A stretch of DNA of 64,000 nucleotides from NCBI RefSeq assembly GCF_009914755.1, contig NC_060940.1; one strand, 5' to 3'. Under the pieces are notes generated by a model. The model was given only the letters and a program-made list of their open reading frames with translations. It did not search any database and had not been told where the DNA came from. Source of the stretch: the human T2T-CHM13v2.0 reference genome, Homo sapiens. Within the stretch, counting starts at the first letter, position 1. The number at the start of each line of letters is the position of its first letter. Made by a program: the position numbers and the translations under genes. Positions 13,201 through 27,100 of the stretch are shown here, one piece after another.

Positions 13201-16200
13201 CGATGATTCCACTTGATTCCATTTACGATGATTCCATTCGATTCCATGTGATGATTCCATTCAATTCTATTCAATGCTGTTTCCATTTGATTCCATTCGA
13301 CCATGATTGCCTTTGATTCCATTCAATGACTCCATTCGGTTCCTTTTGATGATGATTCCGTTCGATTCCATTTCATTATTCCATTTGATTCCATTGGATG
13401 AGTCCATTCGATTACATTCGATGATTATTCCATTCGAGTGCATTAGATGATTCCATTCGAGTCCATTCGATGATTCCATTCGATTCCATTCGATGTTGAT
13501 TCTGTTCAAATCCATTCGATGATTCCACTCGATTCCATTCGATGACTCCAGTTGATCCCATTCGATGATTTCCTTTGATTCCCTTTGATGATCATTCCAT
13601 TTGATTCAATTCGGTGATTTCATTTGATTCCATTCAGTGATGTTTCCATTCGACTCCATTCGATGATGATTCCATTCGACTCCATTCGATTATGATTTCA
13701 TTCAATTCCATTCGATAATGATTCCCTTCGAGTCCATTCGATGATTCCATTCGATTCCATTCAACGATGATTTGATTCGTGTCCATTCGATGATTCCATT
13801 TGATTCCACTTGATGATGATTCCATTCGAGTCCATTTGATGATTCCATTCAATTCCATTCTCCGATGATTTCTTTTGAGCCCACTCAATGCTTCCACTCG
13901 ATTCCATATGATGATGACTCCATTCGATGAAATTCGATGATGATTCCATTCGCTTGCATTCGATGATGATTCCACTTGAGTCCATTAGAAGATTCTATTC
14001 AATTACATTCCATGACGATTCCGTTCGAGTCCAATTGATGATTCCATTAGACTCCATTTGACGATGATTCCATTCGATGTTATTCGATGATTCCATTCGA
14101 TCTCATTCGATGATGATTCCATTCAACTCCATTCGATGTTTCCATTCGAGTTCATTCTATTATTCCATTAGATTCCATTCGATGATGATTCCATTCGATT
14201 CCATTTGATGATTGCATTCTATTTCATTTGATGATGATTCCATTCGAGTCCACTCGATGATTCCATTCGAGTCCATTTAATGAATCCATTGGTTTCAATT
14301 CTATGATGATTACATTGGATTCCATTCGTTGATGATTTCATTCGGTTCCATTCAATGATGATTCCATTCAATTCCTTTCAATGTTTCCATTCAATTCCAT
14401 ACGATGATGATTCCATTTGATTTGATTCGACAGGGAGCCATTCGATTCAATTCCATGATGATTCTATTTGATTCCATTGGTTGACATTTCCATTCGATTC
14501 CATTCGATGATGATTCCCTTTGATTCCATTCAAAGATGATTCCATTCTAGCCCATTCAATCATTCCATTCGATTCTATTCAATGATGATTCCATTCATGT
14601 CGATTTGGTGATTCCATTTGACTTCATTTGATGATGATTCCTTTCAAGTTCATTAGATGATTCCATTCGATTCCATTTGATGATGATCCCATTCGAGTCC
14701 ATTCAGTGATTCCACTCGTTTCCATTCCATGATGATTCCATTCCATTCCATTCAATGATTCCATTCGATTCCGTTTGATGATGATTTCATTCGAGTCCAT
14801 TTGATGATTCCATTTGATTCCATTCGATGATGATTCCATTCGAGTCCATTCGATGATTCTATTCGAATCCATTTGATGATTTCTTTTGATTATAGTTGGT
14901 GATGATTCCATTGGAGTCCATTCAATGATTCCATTCGATTCCAATCGATGGTGATTCCATTAGAGTCCATTTAACGATTCCATTTGATTCCAGTCTCTGA
15001 TGATTACATTCGAGTCCATACGACGATTCCACTCAATTCCATATGATGATGATTCCATTCGATTCCATTCGATGATTCCATTCTATTCTATTCAATGGTG
15101 ATTCCGTTCGAGTACATTAGATGATTCCATTCGATTCCATTCAATGATGATTCTATTTGTGTCCCTTAGATGATTCCGCATGATTCCATTAGATGATGAT
15201 ACTATTTGAGCCCATCCAATGATTCCCTTCGATTCCATTCGATGAGGATTCCATTCGATTCAATTCATTGGTGATTCTATTCAATTCAATTCTTTGATTC
15301 CATTCCATTCCATTCGACAATGATTCCATTCGATTTCTTTCGATGATTCCACTCGATTCCACTTGACATTGATTCCATTCGATTCCATTCAATGATTCCA
15401 TTTGATTCCAGTGGATGATGATTGCCATCGATTCCTTTCGATCACTCCATTCTATTCCATTTGATGATGATTACATTCGATTCCATTTGATGATTCCATC
15501 TGATTCTATTCGAGGATTCCATTTGATTCCATTCGATGATGATTCCATTCGAGTCCATTCGATGATTTCATTCGAGTACATCCAATGATTCCATTCGAGT
15601 CCATTAGATGATTCCATTTGATTCCATTTGAAAATGATTCTACTAGAGTCAATTCAATGACTCCATTCGAGTCCATTCAACAATTCCATTCGACTCCATT
15701 CGATGATTCCTTTCGATTCCATTTGATGGTTCCATTCGAGTCCATTTAATCATTACAGTCGAGTCCATTTGTTGATTCCACTGGATTTCTTTTGATAATG
15801 ATACCATACAATTACATTTGATGATGATCCCATTCAACTTCATTTGATGATGATTCCATTAGAGTCCATTCGATGATTTCATTCGAGTCCCTTCATTGAT
15901 TCCATCCGATTTCATTGGATGATGACTCCATTCGAGTCCATTCGATGATTCCACTCGATTCCATTAGATGACTCCATTGGAGTCCATTTGATTGTTCCAT
16001 TCGATTCCATTCGATTCCTTTCGAAGATTATTCCATTTGAGTCCATTCGATGATGATTCCATTCCATTCCATTCGATGATTCCGTTTGATTCCATTCGAT
16101 GATTCCCTTCGATTCCTTTCTTTGATGATTCCATTCCATTCCATTCAATGATTCCATTCGAATCTATTCCATGATGATTCCTTTCGATTCCATTCGCTGA

Positions 16201-16342
16201 TGTTTCCGTTCAATTCCATTCGATGATGATTCCATTCGATTCCATTCATTGAGGATTCCATTTGATTCCATTCAATGATGATTCCATTCTATTCCATTCA
16301 ATGATTGCATTCAATTCCATTCAATGATTATCCCATTAGAGT
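10231..16342 (+). repeat. 6,112-bp HSat2 higher-order repeat unit, copy 1
   Basis: Landmarks recur at exactly +6112: AAACTCAACG 10231/16343, CGTACG 12463/18575, ORF ends 10501/16613, 11706/17818, 13634/19746 and 14624/20736. The unit start is an arbitrary phase choice. Confidence 0.93.
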
Positions 16343-19300
16343 AAACTCAACGATTCCATTCAATACCATTCGATGATGATTCCTTTTGAGTCCATTCAAT
16401 GATTTCATTCAAGTCCATTTGATGATTCCTTTCAATTCCATTCTATGATGATTCCATTCGAGTCCATTCGATGATTCCATTCGATTGCATTCGATGATTC
16501 CATTATATTCCATTCAACGGTGATTCCATTCGAGTCCATTCCATGATTCCATTAGAGTACAGTTAATGATTGCTTTGTTTTCAATTCGAAGATGATTACA
16601 TTGGATTCCATTCTATGATACCATTCGATTCCATTCAATGATGATTCCACTCAAATCCATTGGATGATTCCATTCGTGTCCATTCGGTGATTTCATTAGA
16701 TTCCATTCGAGGATGATTCCATTCGATTCCATTCGATGATTCCATTCAATTCCATTCGATGATGATTCCATTCCAGTCCATATGATCATTCCATTTGATT
16801 TCATTCGATGATGATTCCATTCGATTCCATTTGATGATTCCATTCTATTCCATTCGATGATGATTCCATTCGAGTCCATTCGATGATTCCATTCGAGTCC
16901 ATTTAATGATTCCATTGGGTTCAATTCAATGATGATTACATTGGATTCCGTTCTATGATTCCATTCAATTCCGTTCATTGACAATTTGATTCCATTCGAT
17001 GATGATTCCATTTGAGTTCATTCGATGATTCTATTCGATTCTCTTCGATGGTGATTCAATTCTATTATATTGGATGATTCCATTCGATTCCATTTGATGT
17101 TGATTCAATTCGATTCTATTCGATGATGATTCCATTGGATTTCACTTGATGATTCTATTCGATTCCATTCAATGATGATTCACTTCTCGTCCATTGGGTG
17201 ATTCCATTTCATTCCATTCGATGATGATTCCATTCGATTCCATTCGATGATTCCATTTGATTCCATGCGACGGTGAGCAATTCGATTCAATTCCATGATG
17301 ATTCTATTTGATTCAATTAGATGATGTTTCCATTCGAATCCATTCCATGATTATTCCATTGGAATCCATTCGGCGATGATTCCATATGAGTCAATTCAAT
17401 GATGATTCCATATGGGTCCGTTCGATGATAATTCCATTTGATTTCATTCGATGCTTCTATTCTATTCCAGTCGATGATGATTCCGTTGGAGTCCATACGA
17501 TGATTCCATTTGATTTCATTTGATGATGATTCCATTCGATGATGATTACATTGGATTCCATTGTATGATTCCATTCAATTCCATTCGTTGATGATTCGAT
17601 TCCATTCAATGATGATTCCATTTGAGTTCATTCGATGATTCTATTCGATTCCGTTCGATGGTGATTCAATTCTATTATATTGGATGATTCCACTCGATTC
17701 CATTTGATGATTATTCCATTGGAGTCCACTTAGTGAATCCTTTAGATTCTACTCGACGATGATTCCATTCGAGTCCATTCGATGATACCATTCAATTCCA
17801 TTCGTTGATGCTTCCATTCAAGTGCATTTGATGATATCATTCGATTCCATTTGATGATAATTCCATTTGATTCCATGCGATGATTCTATTCGATTCCATT
17901 CAATGATAATTCCATTCAATTCAGTGATTCCTCTGGACTCCATTTGATGATGATTCCATTCAATGATTCCATTCGATTCTATTCGAAAATGATTCCATTT
18001 GAATCCATTTGATGATGATTCCATTAGATTCCATTTGATGATTCCATTCGATTCCATTCGACGATGATTCCATTCGATTCCGTTTGATGATTCCATTCTA
18101 TTCTATTCGATGATGATTCCATTCGATTCCATTCGATGATGATTGTATTCGATTCCATTTGATGATTTCATTTGATTCCATTCGTTAATGATTTCGATCA
18201 ATTCCATTCGATGATTCCATTCGATTCCATTCGATAATGATTACATCCGAGTCCATTCGATGATTCCCTTTGAGCCTGTTCGATAATTCCATTTGAGTCC
18301 AACCAATGATTCCATTCATTTCCATTCAATGATTCCATTCGAGTCCATTTGATCATTCCGGTAGGGTCCATTCGATGTTGATTCCATTGGAGTGCATTCG
18401 ATGATTCCATTCGAGTCCATTTTAGGATTTGATTCAAGTCCTTTCGATGATTCCATTCGATTCCACTCGATGATGATTTCATTCGAGTCCATTCGACACT
18501 TCCAATCGATTCCATTTGATGATTCCATTCGAGTCCAATTGATGATTCCATTCAATTCCATTCGATGATGATTCCGTACGATTCCATTCTGTGATGATTC
18601 CATGTGATTGCATTCAATGATGATTCCTTTCGATTGCATTCGATTATGATTCATTTCGTCTTCATTCTATGGTTCCACAGGTTTCCATTCGTGTCCATTC
18701 CATTATTCCATTCTATTCCATTTGATGATGATTCCATTCGATTCCATTCATTGGTGATTCCACTCAATTCCATTCAATGATTCCATTCCATTTCTTTCAA
18801 CAATGATTCCATTACTTTCTAATCGATGATCCACTTGATTCCATTTGACGACGATTCCATTCTTGTCCATTCGATGATTCCATTTGATTCCATATGATGA
18901 TGATTCCATTCGATTCCATACCATGATGATTCCATTCGAGTCCATTCAATGGTGATTCCATTCAATTCCATTCGATGATTCCTTTTGATTCCATTCGATG
19001 ATGATGGCATTCGATTCCTTTCAATCATTCCCTTTGATTCCATTCCAAGGTGATTTCATTCAAGTCCATTCGATAATGGCATTCGATTCCATTCTATGAT
19101 GATTCCATTCGAGTCCATTTGATGATTCCATTCAATTCAAGTCAATGATGATTCCATTCGATTCCATTCGATGATTCCATTGGATTCCATTCGATGATGA
19201 TTCCATTCAAATCCATTCGATAATTCAATTCAAGTCCATTCGATGATGATTCCAATCGAATCCATTCAAAGATTCCATTCAGTTCCATTCGATGATTCCC

Positions 19301-22300
19301 TTAGATTCCATTCGATGATTCCACTTGATTGCATTTACGATGATTCCATTCGATTCCATGTGATGATTCCATTCAATTCTATTCAATGATGTCTCCATTT
19401 GATTCCATTCGACCATGATTGCCTTTGATTCCATTCAATGATTCCATTCGGTTCCGTTTGATGATGATTCCGTTCGATTCCATTTGATGATTCCATTTGA
19501 TTCCATTGGATGAGTCCATTCGATTACATTCGATGATTATTCCATTCGAGTGCATTAGATGATTCCATTCGAGTCCATTCGATGATTCCATTCGATTCCA
19601 TTCGATGTTGATTCTGTTCAAATCCATTCGATGATTCCACTCGATTCCATTCGTTGACTCCATTTGATCCCATTCGATGATTTCCTTTGATTCCCTTTGA
19701 TGATCATTCCGTTTGATTCAATTCGGTGATTTCATTTGATTCCATTCAGTGATGTTTCCATTCGACTCCATTCGATGATGATTCCATTCGACTCCATTCG
19801 ATTATGATTTCATTCAATTCCATTCGATAATGATTCCCTTCGAGTCCATTCGATGATTCCATTCGATTCCATTCAACGATGATTTGATTCGTGTCCATTC
19901 GATGATTCCATTTGATTCCACTTGATGATGATTCCATTCGAGTCCATTTGATGATTCCATTCAATTCCATACTCCGATGATTTCTTTTGAGCCCACTCAA
20001 TGCTTCCACTCGATTCCATATGATGATGACTCCATTCGATGAAATTCGATGATGATTCCATTCGCTTGCTTTCGATGATGATTCCACTTGAGTCCGTTAG
20101 AAGATTCTATTCAATTACATTCCATGACGATTCCGTTCGAGTCCATTTGATGATTCCATTAGACTCCATTCGACGATGATTCCATTCGATGTTATTCGAT
20201 GATTCCATTTGATCTCATTCGATGATGATTCCATTCAACTCCATTCGATGTTTCCATTCGAGTTCATTCTATTATTCCATTAGATTCCATTCGATGATGA
20301 TTCCATTCGATTCCATTTGATGATTGCATTCTATTTCATTTGATGATGATTCCATTCGAGTCCACTCGATGATTCCATTCGAGTCCATTTAATGAATCCA
20401 TTGGTTTCAATTCTATGATGATTACATTGGATTCCATTCGTTGATGATTTCATTCGGTTCCATTCAATGATGATTCCATTCAATTCCTTTCAATGTTTCC
20501 ATTCAATTCCATACGATGATGATTCCATTTGATTTGATTCGACAGTGAGCCATTCGATTCAATTCCATGATGATTCTATTTGATTCAATTGGTTGACATT
20601 TCCATTCGATTCCATTCGATGATGATTCCCTTTGATTCCGTTCAATGATGATTCCATTCTAGGCCATTCAATCATTCCATTCGATTCTATTCAATGATGA
20701 TTCCATTCATGTCGATTTGGTGATTCCATTTGACTTCATTTGATGATGATTCCTTTCAAGTTCATTAGATGATTCCATTCGATTCCATTTGATGATGATC
20801 CCATTCGAGTCCATTCAGTGATTCCATTCGTTTCCATTCCATGATGATTCCATTCCTTTCCATTCAATGATTCCATTCGATTCCGTTTGATGATGATTTC
20901 ATTCGAGTCCATTTGATGATTCCATTTGATTCCATTCGATGATGATTCCATTCGAGTCCATTCGATGATTCTATTCGAATCCATTTGATGATTTCTTTTG
21001 ATTATATTTGGTGATGATTCCATTGGAGTCCATTCAATGATTCCATTCTATTCCAATCGATGATGATTCCATTAGAGTCCATTTAATGATTCCATTTGAT
21101 TCCAGTCTCTGATGATTACATTCGAGTCCATACGATGATTCCACTCAATTCCATATGATGATGATTCCATTTGATTCCATTCGGTGATTCCATTCTATTC
21201 TATTCAATGGTGATTCCATTCGAGTACATTAGATGATTCCATTCGATTCCATTCAATGATGATTCTATTTGTGTCCCTTAGAGGATTCCACATGATTCCA
21301 TTACATGATGATACTATTTGAGCCCATCCAATGATTCCCTTCGATTCCATTCGATGAGGATTCCATTCGATTCAATTCATTGGTGATTCTATTCAATTCA
21401 ATTCTTTGATTCCATTCCATTCCATTCGACAATGATTCCATTCGATTTCTTTCGATGATTCCACTCGATTCCACTTGACATTGATTCCCTTCGATTCCAT
21501 TCAATGATTCCATTTGATTCCAGTGGATGATGATTGCCATCGATTCCATTCGATCACTCCATTCTATTCCATTTGATGATGATTACATTCGATTCCATTT
21601 GACGATTCCATCTGATTCTATTCGAGGATTCCATTTGATTCCATTCGATGATGATTCCATTCGAGTCCATTCGATGATTTCATTCGAGTACATCCAATGA
21701 TACCATTCGAGTCCATTTGATGATTCCATTTGATTCCATTTGATAATGATTCTACTAGAGTCCATTCAGTGACTCCATTGGAGTCCATTCAACAATTCCA
21801 TTCGACTCCATTTGATGATTCCATTCGATTCCATTTGATGATTCCATTCGAGTCCATTTAATCATTACAGTCGAGTCCATTTGGTGATTCCACCGGATTT
21901 CTTTTGATAATGATACCATTCAATTACATTTGATGATGATCCCATTCAATTTCATTTGATGATGATTCCATTAGAGTCCATTCGATGATTTCATTCGAGT
22001 CCCTTCATTGATTCCATCCGATTTCATTGGATGATGACTCCATTCGAGTCCATTCGATGATTCCACTCGATTCCATTAGATGATTCCATTGGAGTCCATT
22101 TGATTGTTCCATTCGATTCCATTCGATTCCTTTCGAAGATTATTCCATTTGAGTCCATTCGATGATGATTCCATTCCATTCCATTCGATGATTCCGTTTG
22201 ATTCCATTCGATGATTCCCTTCGATTCCTTTCTTTGATGATTCCATTCCATTCCATTCAATGATTCCATTCGAATCTATTCCATGATGATTCCTTTCGAT

Positions 22301-22454
22301 TCCATTCGCTGATGTTTCCGTTCAATTCCATTCGATGATGATTCCATTCGATTCCATTCATTGAGGATTCCATTTGATTCCATTCAATGATGATTCCGTT
22401 CTATTCCATTCAATGATTGCATTCAATTCCATTCAATGATTATCCCCTTAGAGT
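16343..22454 (+). repeat. 6,112-bp HSat2 higher-order repeat unit, copy 2
   Basis: AAACTCAACG 16343/22455. ORF ends 16613/22725, 17317/23429, 17818/23930 and 15912/22024 are all offset by 6112. Confidence 0.93.
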
Positions 22455-24150
22455 AAACTCAACGATTCCATTCAATACCATTCGATGATGATTCCTTTTG
22501 AGTCCATTCAATGATTTCATTCAAGTCCATTTGATGATTCCTTTCAATTCCATTCTATGATGATTCCATTCGAGTCCATTCGATGATTCCATTCGATTGC
22601 ATTCGATGATTCCATTATATTCCATTCAACGATGATTCCATTCGAGTCCATTCGATGATTCCATTAGAGTACATTTAATGATTGCTTTGTTTTCAATTCG
22701 AAGATGATTACATTGGATTCCATTCTATGATACCATTCGATTCCATTCAATGATGATTCCACTCAAATCCATTGGATGATTCCATTCGTGTCCATTCGGT
22801 GATTTCATTAGATTCCATTCGAGGATGATTCCATTCGATTCCATTCGATGATTCCATTCAATTCCATTCGATGATGATTCCATTCCAGTCCATATGATCA
22901 TTCCATTTGATTTCATTCGATGATGATTCCATTCGATTCCATTCGATGATTCCATTCTATTCCATTCGATGATGATTCCATTCGAGTCCATTCGATGATT
23001 CCATTCGAGTCCATTTAATGATTCCATTGGGTTCAATTCAATGATGATTACATTGGATTCCGTTCTATGATTCCATTCAATTCCGTTCATTGACAATTTG
23101 ATTCCATTCGATGATGATTCCATTTGAGTTCATTCGATGATTCTATTCGATTCTCTTCGATGGTGATTCAATTCTATTATATTGGATGATTCCATTCGAT
23201 TCCATTTGATGTTGATTCAATTCGATTCTATTCGATGATGATTCCATTGGATTTCACTTGATGATTCTATTCGATTCCATTCAATGATGATTCACTTCTC
23301 GTCCATTGGATGATTCCATTTCATTCCATTCGATGATGATTCCATTCGATTCCATTCGATGATTCCATTTGATTCCATGCGACGGTGAGCAATTCGATTC
23401 AATTCCATGATGATTCTATTTGATTCAATTAGATGATGTTTCCATTCGAATCCATTCCATGATTATTCCATTGGAATCCATTTAGCGATGATTCCATATG
23501 AGTCAATTCAATGATGATTCCATATGGGTCCGTTCGATGATAATTCCATTTGATTTCATTCGATGCTTCTATTCTATTCCAGTCGATGATGATTCCGTTG
23601 GAGTCCATACGATGATTCCATTTGATTTCATTTGATGATGATTCCATTCGATGATGATTACATTGGATTCCATTCTATGATTCCATTCAATTCCATTCGT
23701 TGATGATTCGATTCCATTCAATGATGATTCCATTTGAGTTCATTCGATGATTCTATTCGATTCCGTTCGATGGTGATTCAATTCTCTTATATTGGATGAT
23801 TCCACTCGATTCCATTTGATGATTATTCCATTGGAGTCCACTTAGTGAATCCTTTAGATTCTACTCGAAGATGATTCCATTCGAGTCCATTCGATGATAC
23901 CATTCAATTCCATTCGTTGATGCTTCCATTCAAGTGCATTCGATGATATCATTCGATTCCATTTGATGATAATTCCATTTGATTCCATGCGATGATTCTA
24001 TTCGATTCCATTCAATGATAATTCCATTCAATTCAGTGATTCCTCTGGACTCCATTTGATGATGATTCCATTCAATGATTCCATTCGATTCTATTCGAAA
24101 ATGATTCCATTTGAATCCATTTGATGATGATTCCATTCGATTCCATTTGA
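22455..24150 (+). repeat. Truncated third 6,112-bp unit ending at a deletion junction
   Basis: Matches the previous copy at +6112 up to about 24,135-24,150 (GAATCCATTTGATGATGATTCC). It then jumps to GATTTGATTCGTGTCC at 24155, which would be expected at 25993. Confidence 0.85.
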
Positions 24151-27100
24151 CGATGATTTGATTCGTGTCCATTCGATGATTCCATTTCATTCCACTTGAT
24201 GAGGATTCCATTCGAGTCCATTTGATGATTCCATTCAATTCCATTCTCCGATGATTTCTTTTGAGCCCATTCAATGCTTCCACTCGATTACATATGATGA
24301 TGACTCCATTCGATGAAACTCGATGATGATTCCATTCGCTTGCATTCGATGATGATTCTACTTGAGTCCGTTAGAAGATTCTATTCAATTACATTCCATG
24401 ACGATTCCTTTCGAGTCCATTTGATGATTCCATTACACTCCATTCGACAATGATTCCATTCAATGTTATTCGATGATTCCATTCGATCTCATTCAATGAT
24501 GATTCCATTCAACTCCATTCGATGTTTCCATTCGAGTTCATTCTATTATTCCATTAGATTCCATTCGATGATGATTCCATTCGATTCCATTTGATGATTG
24601 CATTCTATTTCATTTGATGATGATTCCATTCGAGTCCATTCGATGATTCCATTCGAGTCCATTTAATGAATCCATTGGTTTCAATTCTATGATGATTATA
24701 TTGGATTCCATTCGTTGATGATTTCATTCGATTCCATTCAATGATGATTCCATTCAATTCCATTCAATGATTCCATTCAATTCCATGCGATGATGATTCC
24801 ATTTGATTTGATTCGACAGTGAGCCATTCGATTCAATTCCATGATGATTCTATTTGATTCAATTGGTTGACATTTCCATTCGATTCCATTCGATGATGAT
24901 TCCATTTGATTCCATTCAAAGATGATTCCATTCTAGCCCATTCAATCATTCCATTCGATTCTATTCAATGATGATTCCATTCATGTCGATTTGGTGATTC
25001 CATTTGACTTCATTTGATGATGATTCCTTTCAAGTTCATTAGATGATTCCATTCGATTCCATTTGATGATGATCCCATTCGAGTCCATTCAGTGATTCCA
25101 CTCGTTTCCATTCCATGATGATTCCATTCCATTCCATTCAATGATTCCATTCGATTCCGTTTGATGATGATTTCATTCGAGTCCATTTGATGATTCCATT
25201 TGATTCCATTCGATGATGATTCCATTCGAGTCCATTCGATGATTCTATTCGAATCCATTTGATGATTTCTTTTGATTATAGTTGGTGATGATTCCATTGG
25301 ACTCCATTCAATGATTCCATTCGATTCCAATCGATGGTGGTTCCATTAGAGTCCATTTAATGATTCCATTTGATTCCAGTCTCTGATGTTTACATTCGAG
25401 TCCATACGATGATTCCACTCAATTCCATTTGATGATGATTCCATTCGATTCCATTCGATGATTCCATTCTATTCTATTCAATGGTGATTCCATTCGAGTA
25501 CATTAGATGATTCCATTCGATTCCATTCAATGATGATTCTATTAGTGTCCCTTAGATGATTCCACATGATTCCATTACATGATGATACTACTTGAGCCCA
25601 TCCAATGATTCCCTTCGATTCCATTCGATGAGGATTCCATTCGATTCAATTCATTGGTGATTCTATTCAATTCAATTCTTTGATTCCATTCCATTCCATT
25701 CGACAATGATTCCATTCGATTTCTTTCGATGATTCCACTCAATTCCACTTGACATTGATTCCATTTGATTCCATTCAATGATTCCATTTGATTCCAGTGG
25801 ATGATGATTGCCATCGATTCCATTCGATCACTCCATTCTATTCCATTTGATGATGATTACATTCGATTCCATTTGATGATTCCATCTGATTCTATTCGAG
25901 GATTCCATTTGATTCCATTCGATGATGATTCCATTCGAGTCCATTCGATGATTTCATTCGAGTACATCCAATGATTCCATTCGAGTCCATTTGATGATTC
26001 CATTTCATTCCATTTGATTATGATTCTACTAGAGTCCATTCAATGACTCCATTCGAGTCCATTCAACAGTTCCATCCGAGTCCATTCGATGATTCCATTC
26101 GATTCCATTTGATGATTCCATTCGAGTCCATTTAATCATTACAGTCGAGTCCATTTGGTGATTCCACTGGATTTCTTTTGATAATGATACCATTCAATTA
26201 CATTTGATGATGATCCCATTCAATTTCATTTGATGATGATTCCATTAGAGTCCATTCCATGATTTCATTCGAGTCCCTTCATTGATTCCATCCGATTTCA
26301 TTTCATGATGACTCCATTCGAGTCCATTCGATGATTCCACTCGATTCCTTTAGATGATTCCATTGGAGTCCATTTGATTGTTCCATTCGATTCCATTCGA
26401 TTCCTTTCGAAGATTATTCCATTTGAGTCCATTCGATGATGATTCCATTCCATTCCATTCGATGATTCCGTTTGATTCCATTCGATGATTCCCTGCGATT
26501 CCTTTCTATGATGATTCCATTCCATTCCATTCAATGATTCCATTCGAATCTATTCCATGATGATTCCTTTCGATTCCATTCGCTGATGTTTCCGTTCAAT
26601 TCCATTCGATGATGATTCCATTCGATTCCATTCATTGAGGATTCCATTGGATTCCATTCAATGATGATTCCATTCTATTCCATTCAATGATTGCATTCAA
26701 TTCCATTCAATGATTATCCCATTAGAGTAAACTCAACGATTCCATTCAATACCATTCGATGATGATTCCTTTTGAGTCCATTCAATGATTTCATTCAAGT
26801 CCATTTGATGATTCCTTTCAATTCCATTCCATGATGATTCCATTCGAGTCCATTCGATGATTCCATTCGATTGCATTCGATGATTCCATTATATTCCATT
26901 CAACGATGATTCCATTCGAGTCCATTCGATGATTCCATTAGAGTACATTTAATGATTGCTTTGTTTTCAATTCGAAGATGATTACATTGGATTCCATTCT
27001 ATGATTCCATTCGATTCCATTCATTGATGATTCCACCCAATTCCATTCGATGATGATTCCATTCGATTTCAATGATTCTACTCGATTCCATTCAATGATG

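Noticed and set aside
13131-13316. The only plus-strand ORF (61 aa)
   Set aside because: It is a chance stop-free frame created by local variants (GATTAAAATCG and a lost ATG triplet), and the equivalent positions in the other copies give no listed ORF.
3920-24150. Two ~1.8-kb events (inserted block and 1,838-bp deletion) as evidence of a hidden 1.8-kb period
   Set aside because: I could not find rare landmarks recurring at about 1.8-kb spacing, so the similar sizes may be coincidence. This needs a periodicity computation.
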